Shown piece after piece: positions 1 to 8,146 of a stretch of DNA of 64,000 nucleotides (positions are counted from its first letter, which is position 1; the number at the start of each line of letters is the position of its first letter). Source of the DNA: a virus (taxonomy: Duplodnaviria > Caudoviricetes); the IMG/VR virus record IMGVR_UViG_3300033513_000003, positions 7,533-71,532 of that record; one strand, given 5' to 3'. The translations under genes and the position numbers were made by a program. The notes beneath the pieces were generated by a model, which ran no database searches, was not told where the DNA came from, and was given only the letters and a program-made list of their open reading frames with translations.

Positions 1-186
1 ATGCAGCAGATGCTGAAGGCGCGGTCGGCAAAGACGGCCCGTGAAGCCTGGGGCCTCGGCATGTGGACGACAGCGACTATCCGTAACTTGTCAGCTGTGT
101 TCAACAAGCAACAAATCATTCTCGACCTCGATGCGCTGACACCGCTCGAGTTCCAGACAAAGTACAATCTCACCAACCAGCTCTAA
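1..186 (+). CDS. Hypothetical early protein (5' partial)
   Basis: ORF at the window edge, with the same C-ending codon style as neighbouring early genes. Confidence 0.6.
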   Translation: MQQMLKARSAKTAREAWGLGMWTTATIRNLSAVFNKQQIILDLDALTPLEFQTKYNLTNQL

Positions 187-838
187 CACATTTCCATTGT
201 TTGTGATGGGCTCTTTGGCCCATCACAACTTGCATCATCCCACCTTGGTTGAGGTTGTTCTGTTTACAGAATTCGTTTAGGTTCCATACATCATGTACAA
301 CTCCCAGTGGATCCGTAACGAGGTAATGTTTCGACTTCTTCAGTCTCGTCTCATTCGACTGAACTTTGCCTGTGTTGATTTCACGTAGATGTTGTTTCTG
401 TTCTTCAGAAATGTGGCGTTGCTTTGATTTCTTAGCTTCGGAGATTTTGCGCTTGGTTTCATCTGAACAAGGACCCATCTTCTTGCCAAGTCTAATCGCA
501 TGAAGTTTGTCGATGGTTTGCTTGCAATGACCATTGTTGCCATCACCGCCATAGGTCATGTTGTAGCCACCTTTGTTGTCGACGTGAGTATTGTACTCTC
601 TTATAAAGAATTCTTCCATGATGTTCTTGGTGTAGTCTTTATCTCTGGATTGATATACAATGCTCCATTCGAATGATTCCCAGCCATGTTTACGAATAGC
701 ATCGTAGAATGTTGTGCTAACGCCTTTGTTCGCATTGTATTTGTGATTGCTCACTCGTTGTGGATAATTGGAATCGAACCCGATATAAGACTTGCCGTTG
801 GCCGAACACATAGCTCGGTATATGGTATAAATAGACAT
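170..838 (-). CDS. GIY-YIG homing endonuclease with NUMOD3-type repeats
   Basis: TIYRA...KSYIGFD...GYNMTYGGDG catalytic motifs and ETKRKISEA repeats; AGGAG RBS before ATG 838; late promoter CATAAATA at 897-904. Confidence 0.85.
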   Translation of the reverse strand: MSIYTIYRAMCSANGKSYIGFDSNYPQRVSNHKYNANKGVSTTFYDAIRKHGWESFEWSIVYQSRDKDYTKNIMEEFFIREYNTHVDNKGGYNMTYGGDGNNGHCKQTIDKLHAIRLGKKMGPCSDETKRKISEAKKSKQRHISEEQKQHLREINTGKVQSNETRLKKSKHYLVTDPLGVVHDVWNLNEFCKQNNLNQGGMMQVVMGQRAHHKQWKCVRAGW

Positions 839-977
839 GCTGATGCTCCTTGTAAGTGTTAGAGTGGTTGGAGATGCCAGTCTCGCGAACCACATGTATT
901 TATGCATCTTTTCCTTTTCGTTGACATTTTCTATTATTTGGGTATAATGACCACATCTACTGACGAGAGGTGTGATC

Positions 978-1430
978 ATGGCGGCAATTAAAGATAAAGT
1001 TTTTCCTGCTGGTCGATATTATATTGGGGATTTGTGTTATTGTAACGCTCTTGGCAAGCACGACGACCGCTGGGATCGCATCTGCAAGATGATGTTCCCT
1101 GACGGTAACCGTGACGATCCTGGCACTCATACCATCGACGGCATCGAGTTCTGGTATCACTGCACAGCTTACGGTGACGGCGAGTATGACAGCAACAGCC
1201 GATACACATTCCCTGTCGATGCAGGCATCATCGGTATCGTCTCGGCTGCGGTTGCTGAGTCTGAAGGCTCCTACGGCGGGCATATCATCGAATTTGCGCG
1301 GCCCTTCCAGCCGTACTACGCGAATGGCACATTCTACATCGGCCACCTCGAGATCGACACCGATCCGAGGTCCGACGATGACTACAACGAAGACGAAGAC
1401 AACGAAGACGACGAGTACGACGGCAATTGA
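978..1430 (+). CDS. Hypothetical early protein with acidic C-terminal tail
   Basis: Follows repeat unit 920; YYIGDLCY...YGDGEY...FPVDAGIIG motif and D/E-rich tail. Confidence 0.8.
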   Translation: MAAIKDKVFPAGRYYIGDLCYCNALGKHDDRWDRICKMMFPDGNRDDPGTHTIDGIEFWYHCTAYGDGEYDSNSRYTFPVDAGIIGIVSAAVAESEGSYGGHIIEFARPFQPYYANGTFYIGHLEIDTDPRSDDDYNEDEDNEDDEYDGN

Positions 1431-1489
1431 CCAGTTGACATCTGGGGCAAAGTGCGTATAATGATTCTCCCCAACCGCGAAAGGTTCAT

Positions 1490-1768
1490 ATGAAGAAACT
1501 GTCTGACACCACGAAGTTCCGCATTGCCCTGGCTGACGCTGGCTTTGGCAAATACGCCCTCACGATTTTCAACGACAAAGGCAAGACGACCCGGCGCCTG
1601 AAACTGTACCAAGGTGCCCATGTCAATTCTGCGCCCCACAAGCAAAAGGTCAAGTTGGTTGAAAAGTTGCGTGACCAGTTCGGTGATCGCCTGCTGGCAG
1701 TAGGTCCGCATGAAGGGCTAATGTGGTGGGGCGTTACCAGCTCGGTGGTCGTGAAGCTGAAGTTGTAA
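1490..1768 (+). CDS. Hypothetical early protein, paralogue of 3857-4138
   Basis: Shares TKFR.AL, NDK.KT.RRLKL, QFGDRL and SVVV.LK with 3857-4138. Confidence 0.8.
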   Translation: MKKLSDTTKFRIALADAGFGKYALTIFNDKGKTTRRLKLYQGAHVNSAPHKQKVKLVEKLRDQFGDRLLAVGPHEGLMWWGVTSSVVVKLKL

Positions 1769-1838
1769 GTGACCAGTTGACATTTTCCCCCTAATGGGGG
1801 AGAATGACCAAACTGTCAATCACAAAGAGAGAAAACAA

Positions 1839-2135
1839 ATGAGCACAGCCGAACGCCTGAAGACATACAACGAGTTGCGCGAATCCGCAAAACAACTCGT
1901 TCGCGATGCCGTGTCCGATGCATGCGACTTCCTGAACGACATAATGTGTGATCCTGAGGCGCGTGACATGGAATTCAGCATCAACGCGCTGATCGAGCAA
2001 TCGGTCACCATGTGCGGCAACATCCTCGATCCCATTGAATACAAGGCCGAAGTCAGCGATGCGATGAAACAAGCAATCCGCGAATACGTGTTCGAATACG
2101 CCGGTTTCGCTGTCGTGGGGAGGGAAAAGAAATGA
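1839..2135 (+). CDS. Hypothetical early protein
   Basis: GAGAGAAAACAAATG leader after repeat 1776. Confidence 0.75.
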   Translation: MSTAERLKTYNELRESAKQLVRDAVSDACDFLNDIMCDPEARDMEFSINALIEQSVTMCGNILDPIEYKAEVSDAMKQAIREYVFEYAGFAVVGREKK

Positions 2136-2290
2136 CACGAGGCGCCTTCCTGACCCTGACATCCATCCTCACCGTTTGCATCTACGAGGGCTCCGACAAC
2201 GTGTGGTATGCCGAAGCCGCCTTCGTCTTCGGTTTCATCCAAACGATGATCGTATCGACGATTCTCGACTGGCTGAAGACGAATTTGTAA
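2132..2290 (+). CDS. Small hydrophobic protein (52 aa)
   Basis: ATGA overlap with the upstream stop; MTRGAFLTLTSILTVCIY...; translated by hand. Confidence 0.6.
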   Translation: MTRGAFLTLTSILTVCIYEGSDNVWYAEAAFVFGFIQTMIVSTILDWLKTNL

Positions 2291-2398
2291 CTGGTGTATA
2301 CGATCCTACACAACCAGATCGTGGCGACACAAGAAGCCATTGATAAGTTGACCCCAAAGCCGTAATGATGTAAAGTGCTCTTCAGCAATGGAGGGCAC

Positions 2399-2563
2399 AT
2401 GAAGAAGTTAGCTGTTGTTGCGGTACTGGTTGGTTTTTGTTTCGACCTGGTGAAAAGCGGATACATCCAACATCACATGCAGTATGAATGGCGTGAGATG
2501 GTGGAACGTGATCGTGCAGACATCAAGGCGCAATGCGAAGCAATAAACTGTTGGCATTTGTGA
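2399..2563 (+). CDS. Small protein with hydrophobic N-terminus
   Basis: GGAGGG RBS after repeat 2347; MKKLAVVAVLVGFC. Confidence 0.65.
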   Translation: MKKLAVVAVLVGFCFDLVKSGYIQHHMQYEWREMVERDRADIKAQCEAINCWHL

Positions 2564-2812
2564 TAGAAGGAGGATGATGGATCCATACTTATGCATGGAG
2601 CCGAGACAGTAAGCGCACCTGAGACAACGGCGCAGTAGACGTTTGATGGATGGCCATGACCGTCAGACGCGACGTGATTGATTCCGCATGGATAGCTGGC
2701 AACAGCTAGGACGTAAGTGAGACCGCGCGAAGAGCCTCACAGCAGATAATGGACTGCTACACCTATTGATTGCAACACCCCAGGATGACCACCATCCTGG
2801 GTTTTTCTTTTC
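2564..2812 (+). ncRNA. Candidate structured non-coding RNA ending in an intrinsic terminator
   Basis: Several hairpins (TAGCTG-gcaa-CAGCTA with a GNRA loop; CGTTTGATGG/CCGTCAGACG; GTGAG/CTCAC; AGCAG/CTGCT), six ANGGA motifs and no convincing ORF. Confidence 0.5.
2778..2812 (+). terminator. Rho-independent terminator
   Basis: CCCAGGATG-accac-CATCCTGGG followed by TTTTTCTTTT. Confidence 0.85.
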
Positions 2813-2893
2813 TTGTTGACACTGTCCCCTTATTGAGGGATAATGGCCACAGTTCAGTACACATAGTACTAGTAAACACAAAGAGATGAACAT

Positions 2894-3028
2894 ATGTTTG
2901 TTGATGACTATGGCAGGCCCGCTTCTACTAGTAAACATTATCACCTTGGTGATCGTGTTGTGTTCTTCGGCTCCTGCATCACCGGCTGCGGGCTCGTGAT
3001 CCTCTGGCTGTCGGGGGCTCTCGGCTAG
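2894..3028 (+). CDS. Small membrane protein (44 aa)
   Basis: After repeat 2815; MFVDDYGRPA...VVFFGSCITGCGLVILWLSGALG; translated by hand. Confidence 0.6.
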   Translation: MFVDDYGRPASTSKHYHLGDRVVFFGSCITGCGLVILWLSGALG

Positions 3029-3411
3029 TTACTAGTAGACAATGCGCTATAGAAGTTCACTATCTTTACGTGTTCTTCTATAGTTCCGTTGTTGCGGATT
3101 CGGTTAGCTCGCATCGACACCACAATTGTGTTTTCAGGAGTATAACCTTTGGTAAAGTCGAGTCTATCCAGAGATGGGGAATTGTCATCGCGGTACTTAC
3201 CATTCGAGAAAGTAAGAGGAATTCCAAGCACCGGACAGACTTCCGGAAACACAATATTGTCTGATGTGATGGTAAACTCTAAATCGTTTTCCTTTGCTCG
3301 GGCCCGAGCTCGCTGAATGAAGAGTTTTATTCTTCTTTCGCGTGATAGTGTGTCTGACTTGTTTCTTGCTCGGTAACGAGCCTTTGCTGCCAATTGTGCT
3401 TTCGTCAACAT
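3025..3411 (-). CDS. HNH (His-Me finger) homing endonuclease-like protein
   Basis: CPVLGIPL...SPSLDRLD...GYTPENTIVVSMRAN motif; late promoter and GGAGG RBS upstream. Confidence 0.8.
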   Translation of the reverse strand: MLTKAQLAAKARYRARNKSDTLSRERRIKLFIQRARARAKENDLEFTITSDNIVFPEVCPVLGIPLTFSNGKYRDDNSPSLDRLDFTKGYTPENTIVVSMRANRIRNNGTIEEHVKIVNFYSALSTSN

Positions 3412-3740
3412 GATACAATAACCTCCCCTAATAGTCTAGTATAGACTATTTATGAGAGGTACCCTGTCCACGTGGGTAGTGGACATGGACCCGAAATGGT
3501 ACCTACCCAGAATGGGCAATGGGACTGTGACATATTGTGAACCTTACATCGTCACCAAACCACAGTCAAAGGTCAACAGCATTATGAAAATTTAAATAGT
3601 CGATGGCCAGTTGAAGAAACTCTGGGTTTTCTCTAAATGACCAAGCCCCTTGTTGCAGGCGTTATCAACGCTGAGTGACCAGTTGACCTTTTTCCCCTAA
3701 TAGGGGAAGATGCTTGTCCGTTAAACATGAAAGGTAATGA

Positions 3741-3845
3741 ATGACACGTCAAGTTACACCTCAAGAGCAGAATGCCGCACGTGATGCCGCAATCATGCAT
3801 CTCATCAACCAAATGCGCACTCAGAACGCATACGTCAAGATCTGA
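3741..3845 (+). CDS. Small hypothetical protein (34 aa)
   Basis: After repeat 3682 with GAAAGG RBS; MTRQVTPQEQNAARD... Confidence 0.55.
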   Translation: MTRQVTPQEQNAARDAAIMHLINQMRTQNAYVKI

Positions 3846-3856
3846 ACGAGGGCAAC

Positions 3857-4138
3857 ATGAGAAAACGTAGCGATGTCACAAAGTTCCGTACGGCGCTGAA
3901 GGCGGTTGGTTTTCACTACAACCAGGCAGCGTTCTACAACGACAAGCGCAAGACCTGCCGTAGGCTGAAGCTGCAACATGCCGATGGTTTCCTGCGCGCT
4001 CCTCAGTCTACCAAAGATGAGTTCGTTCGTCAACTGCAAAATCAGTTCGGTGACCGGTTGATTTCCGCTCAGCCGCACGAATACCGGCATAACTGCTGGG
4101 GCACTGTCAAGTCTGTTGTCGTGACACTGAAAGACTGA
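3857..4138 (+). CDS. Hypothetical early protein, paralogue of 1490-1768
   Basis: GAGGG RBS; shared motifs as above. Confidence 0.8.
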   Translation: MRKRSDVTKFRTALKAVGFHYNQAAFYNDKRKTCRRLKLQHADGFLRAPQSTKDEFVRQLQNQFGDRLISAQPHEYRHNCWGTVKSVVVTLKD

Positions 4139-4204
4139 CCAGTTGACCTTTTCCCCTAATTGGGGGAAAGTGGAGTTGTAACAGTTAAACAACGAGAGGC
4201 CAAT

Positions 4205-4252
4205 ATGTACGACACATTCGACAGTGCAATGAAGAAGTGGAACCGCAAATAA
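4205..4252 (+). CDS. 15-aa micro-ORF with its own promoter unit
   Basis: Repeat 4142, GAGAGG RBS, MYDTFDSAMKKWNRK*, then the next repeat at 4256. Confidence 0.5.
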   Translation: MYDTFDSAMKKWNRK

Positions 4253-4316
4253 GCGGTTGACAAATTGGTCAGTTAGGGTGATAATGCTCTCACTGACCAA
4301 CACGAGGATAAAAACA

Positions 4317-4643
4317 ATGACACGCATTCACGATACACTCCGCACTGAACATGGCGTCAAGTCAACGACGCGTTCAATCACAGGATCGAGTCTGTTCCGA
4401 CCGCTGCCTGATGCGAAGCATGACCTGGTGAAGAAGTATTTCGGCTCGTCGTTCGCAACACAGCGAAAAGACAAGTACTCAAGCACGCACAAATTCACGG
4501 TGTGTGGCGAACTCGTGACACTCTACATGAGTTGTGGCGAGTGGCGGTTTGGTGCAGGCAAAAACGTTCGTGGTAATCCCTTTGTAATCAAGCAGTTGGA
4601 TGCGATCCAAAAGCTGCTTGAAGGTCCACAGTATGAAGAGTAA
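4317..4643 (+). CDS. Hypothetical early protein
   Basis: GAGGA RBS after repeat 4256. Confidence 0.75.
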   Translation: MTRIHDTLRTEHGVKSTTRSITGSSLFRPLPDAKHDLVKKYFGSSFATQRKDKYSSTHKFTVCGELVTLYMSCGEWRFGAGKNVRGNPFVIKQLDAIQKLLEGPQYEE

Positions 4644-4707
4644 CCAGTTGACAGTTGGTCTGTGATAGGGTACAATGTGCCCTATCAACTGACGAAAGGG
4701 TACACAA

Positions 4708-5049
4708 ATGGCACACGTAATCTACAACAAAGAATCCACCATCATCCTCTGCGATCGCCACAGCTGGGAAGGCAACACCTACAAGACTGAGCGTGCCGCA
4801 AAGGCAGCTCTGACACGCATCGAGAATGCCTTCAAAGCCGATCCCAACAACCGCATGGCAAGGTGGGATGTCATGGGTGGTGTTCCGTTCGACCGCAACA
4901 ACTTCGCTATCGCCGAAGCAAGCGTGTTCCACAGCACTATCGAGAAAAAGAAGACTGTGCGCAACCTGTTGTCGGGCAAGCCTGTCGAAATCGCCGTCAA
5001 CACACCTCTCTGCTGCGATCCTTCCAGCGAAACATATCACTGCATGTGA
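4708..5049 (+). CDS. Conserved-looking phage hypothetical protein
   Basis: After repeat 4647; C-terminal NTPLCCDPSSETY motif recalled from other phage early proteins. Confidence 0.75.
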   Translation: MAHVIYNKESTIILCDRHSWEGNTYKTERAAKAALTRIENAFKADPNNRMARWDVMGGVPFDRNNFAIAEASVFHSTIEKKKTVRNLLSGKPVEIAVNTPLCCDPSSETYHCM

Positions 5050-5111
5050 TGTTGACATTGTGGCCACTTTAGGGTAAAGTGGCCACATCAACTGACGACA
5101 AGAGAGAAAAC

Positions 5112-5324
5112 ATGACTGATTGCTACCATGATGTGCAAGTAGGTGACGAAGTGCTGGTGCGTTCTGGTTTCGGTAATGGGCCATTGCATCGTGGCACTGT
5201 TATAGCAGTGCTTGCTGATGTCAAGGATGGTTATCCTGGCATCGACTACAAGCTCGCCAACAACGAGCAATTCTGGGCATATAGCGAACAAATTCAAGGC
5301 ATTACACGCAAGGCTGCTGGTTGA
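5112..5324 (+). CDS. Small SH3/KOW-like beta-barrel protein
   Basis: VQVGDEVLV...GTVIAV pattern; stop codon lies inside the next -35 box. Confidence 0.65.
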   Translation: MTDCYHDVQVGDEVLVRSGFGNGPLHRGTVIAVLADVKDGYPGIDYKLANNEQFWAYSEQIQGITRKAAG

Positions 5325-5376
5325 CTTTTTGGTCATTTGGGGTATAATGGTCACATCAACTGACGAAAGGTACAAC

Positions 5377-5697
5377 ATGGCAAAAGCACCGAAGACGACA
5401 CCCATCGCCAAGACAATCACCAAAGGCAGGCAGGGTGTGATCTATCGCGAGATGCTGAGTGTCGACGGCAAGAAGCTGCGTATCGACATCGAAAGCGACT
5501 CGCACGCCTTCCAGAGCCACGCACGCATCGAGATCTACAATCCGACCGAGCTGAAGTGGAACAACCTGGCATCGATCCACTATGCCGCGATGAAAACGCC
5601 TGCACAGCTGTATTACTCGTCGGCTGGCATGCAAGAGCACAATTTTACCACAGATCGCAACGAATTGCTACGCCAAGCGTTTGCAATTATTCTGTGA
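5377..5697 (+). CDS. Hypothetical early protein
   Basis: AAAGG RBS after repeat 5320. Confidence 0.75.
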   Translation: MAKAPKTTPIAKTITKGRQGVIYREMLSVDGKKLRIDIESDSHAFQSHARIEIYNPTELKWNNLASIHYAAMKTPAQLYYSSAGMQEHNFTTDRNELLRQAFAIIL

Positions 5698-5767
5698 GTG
5701 ACCAGTTGACTTTGTGGTCACTTTAGGGTAAAGTGGCCACATCAACTGACGACAAGAGAGAAAACAA

Positions 5768-6145
5768 ATGAACATAGCACAGCTGAAAGTCAATGACAAA
5801 GTGGCAGTGGCACGCATGGGTAACTGGGAAAACCACAGCCAAGGCATCTACGTCGTTACAAAGATCAACAAGGTGCGCATACACGTGAAGCGTGAGACAG
5901 ACGGCTATGAGCGTGAATTCAGCGCTAATACCGGCCGTGAACTGGGCAAGAGCGATAGCAAGTATCGTGCTGCTTACCTCGAGAGTGTCGAATATCAGAA
6001 CCTTCGCACTGCCATACGCCAACACAACCTGGAAGTCAACGGTGCCTGGACGGCACTCCAAGAAGCAGCTTCCAGCAAAAGCATCGCTGAGGTCAACAAG
6101 GCACTGGCAAAATTAAAAGCTGTTGGCATAGTGATCGGTGGTTGA
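5768..6145 (+). CDS. Hypothetical early protein
   Basis: After repeat 5705; stop lies inside the next -35 box. Confidence 0.75.
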   Translation: MNIAQLKVNDKVAVARMGNWENHSQGIYVVTKINKVRIHVKRETDGYEREFSANTGRELGKSDSKYRAAYLESVEYQNLRTAIRQHNLEVNGAWTALQEAASSKSIAEVNKALAKLKAVGIVIGG

Positions 6146-6202
6146 CTTTTTGGTCAATTGGGGTATAATGGTCACATCAACTGACGACATGAGGGCAAAC
6201 AA

Positions 6203-6541
6203 ATGAGCAACAAGATCATGTACTGGAACGGCAACGGCGCACACCAAGCACTGTACGAGAAGCTGAACGAGCTGATCCCGGCTGAAGGCGAAGTCGCTGA
6301 GCCCCGCAAGAATCGCGCACTCGAAAAGCTGCGCAAAGCTGCAAACTGCTACTATGACCTGTTTAACAACGGTCTTGGCAACCGTGCAGCTGAGTTCCGC
6401 CAAGTCTTCGGTTTCGGTGGCACGTCTATCGCAAAGACACGCGAGTTCTACAGCGACAGGCTCGAGCGCTGCATGGATGAGATCATCCTGAAAGCAGCAC
6501 ATGAGCAGGGCCTGTTGACTTTTTGGCCATTTAGAGTATAA
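6203..6541 (+). CDS. Conserved-looking phage hypothetical protein
   Basis: YWNGNG...LIPAEG...YYDLFNNGL motif; C-terminus reads through the next promoter. Confidence 0.75.
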   Translation: MSNKIMYWNGNGAHQALYEKLNELIPAEGEVAEPRKNRALEKLRKAANCYYDLFNNGLGNRAAEFRQVFGFGGTSIAKTREFYSDRLERCMDEIILKAAHEQGLLTFWPFRV

Positions 6542-6578
6542 TGTACCTCATCAACTGACAACACAAAGAGAGAACAGC

Positions 6579-6881
6579 ATGGCACGCGATACACAAGACG
6601 CACTGAACGAGTTCATCGACCAAGAGGGCCTGTACCACACTGAAGGCCGTCGTGGCATCGAAAACCTGGCACGTATTGTCAATACGCTCGGCTACCAAGA
6701 TCCACAGCGCTACGGCCAGTTTCGTGGGGCGTCGTTGGGTGACATCTTCACCTTCCTCGAAGACAATCCCGGCGCCATTGAGGCACTGGTTGAGTGGATC
6801 GGTCAACAGCAATCGACCGACTGGGCCGAAGCACTGAACGCTCAACTGCCTGAAGAAGAAGGTGAAGACGACCAAAAATAA
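6579..6881 (+). CDS. Acidic hypothetical early protein
   Basis: FLEDNPGAIEALVEWI motif, D/E rich. Confidence 0.75.
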   Translation: MARDTQDALNEFIDQEGLYHTEGRRGIENLARIVNTLGYQDPQRYGQFRGASLGDIFTFLEDNPGAIEALVEWIGQQQSTDWAEALNAQLPEEEGEDDQK

Positions 6882-6949
6882 GTTGACCTTTTCCTGAATT
6901 TGGGTATAATGGGCACTGTCATCTGACAACAACACAAGAGAGAAAACAA

Positions 6950-7345
6950 ATGAACAAACTTTCCGCAAATCAGCAAACCATCGTCGACGCAATCACTTCC
7001 GGCCTCGACACCGCAGCCAAGATCGCCGAGAAGACTGGCCTGACGAAAGCAGCAGTGTCCGCCAACATGAAGCCGCTGCGTGACAAGGGCATCATCACCA
7101 CCGCCGAAGTCGACGGCCATGTCGTGATGAGCCTGACCGGCGAAGCCAAAGCAGCACGTGTCGATGCAGCATTCGACAAAGCCACTGCTGCCAAGAAGAC
7201 CGCACAGCCTGTGATCTTGGTTGCACCTCGCGAAATCCCCAAGTATCTCGGCGGCCGTCCGCGTGATGTCGTGCAGGCGCTGATCGCTGGTGGCTACAGC
7301 AAGAAGGCAGCGAAGGCTCACGTATACGACGGCAAGGCCCTGTAA
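6950..7345 (+). CDS. Winged-helix DNA-binding protein
   Basis: TAAKIAEKTGLTKAAVSANMKPLRDKGII helix-turn-helix plus wing pattern; Ala/Lys-rich C-terminus. Confidence 0.65.
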   Translation: MNKLSANQQTIVDAITSGLDTAAKIAEKTGLTKAAVSANMKPLRDKGIITTAEVDGHVVMSLTGEAKAARVDAAFDKATAAKKTAQPVILVAPREIPKYLGGRPRDVVQALIAGGYSKKAAKAHVYDGKAL

Positions 7346-7391
7346 TCAACGACCACTGAACTCGGGGAGAAGCTTGTTGCCTTTCTCCCCG

Positions 7392-7731
7392 TAAATTGGC
7401 TTCCCAGTGTAGACCACACACTAGCTTACTAGACAGCGGTATAATGTGATCTACTTCATGTACAATACCTGTATCACGCGTAAGACGTTCTGCTTCTGCG
7501 TATAGTTCGTTGATAGCTTCGCTATTGGCCCAGGCCACTGTAGCTAGACGGAGTTGTGCTCGGCGCTTAGCATTTGTGGCACGGTGTTTGGGTTTATTGC
7601 GCTGATAGTAGTCGTTTTGAGATTGTAACACCTTTTCGTGGTTATTGGCACAGTACCGAGCTACTCGTTCAGCATTGTTTCTGCTGTTGATCTCTTTTAC
7701 TTTTTCCTTGTTAGCTTCTCTGTAAAGAAAT
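7392..7731 (-). pseudogene. HNH endonuclease fragment truncated at both ends
   Basis: YREANKEK repeats and HEVDHIIPL...CGLH motif; no start or RBS; bounded by repeat 7732 and the hairpin at 7363-7391. Confidence 0.7.
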
Positions 7732-7793
7732 GTTGACTTTTTGGTCAGATAGGGTACAATGTGCCCTATCGACTGACAACACAAGACCAAACC

Positions 7794-8003
7794 ATGCCTG
7801 ACACTATCGCACTGCACGAACGAGCCATACAAGCGATGGCTGAGCACATCGCAGCCTGCATCGTCTGGAATGCAACGGACAACGACGAAGATCCGTTGAC
7901 TTACTCGACAGATGCCGAGATCGTCGAGCTCTACTGCAAAGACGCTGCACGTGACATTTCCGGCCGTCTCGGCGAAGAAGTCAAGAAGATTGTGGCCCGT
8001 TGA
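7794..8003 (+). CDS. Small acidic hypothetical protein
   Basis: After repeat 7732; stop lies inside the next -35 box. Confidence 0.7.
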   Translation: MPDTIALHERAIQAMAEHIAACIVWNATDNDEDPLTYSTDAEIVELYCKDAARDISGRLGEEVKKIVAR

Positions 8004-8031
8004 CCTCTGGCCACAATTAGGGTAGAATGTT

Positions 8032-8138
8032 CTTCATCAGTTGTTACGCCTGTCATAGTTTAATGGAAAACGTACTCGATACCGCGCGGGGTACTTGCTG
8101 GACTTCCAACCAGCTGACAGACGCAACAACTGATGAAG
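8032..8138 (+). ncRNA. tRNA-like cloverleaf on a 14-bp basal stem (not a canonical tRNA)
   Basis: Perfect inverted repeat 8032-8045/8125-8138; inside CTGTCA/TGACAG acceptor-like, TA-GTTT-aatgga-AAAC D-arm, TACTC/GGGTA arm with 11-nt loop, GCTGG/CCAGC arm; no CCA; directly downstream of promoter 7999. Confidence 0.6.
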
Positions 8139-8146
8139 TAGTAATA

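Noticed and set aside
2574-2612. 12-aa ORF MMDPYLCMEPRQ
   Set aside because: GGAGG lies only 0-3 nt from the ATGs, too close for an efficient RBS; treated as part of the RNA candidate
7363-7391. Intrinsic terminator call
   Set aside because: Strong hairpin but no T tract on either strand, so reported only as a hairpin
8032-8138. Hammerhead ribozyme (CTGATGA present)
   Set aside because: CTGATGA is part of the basal stem and no correctly placed GAAA/NUH core was found
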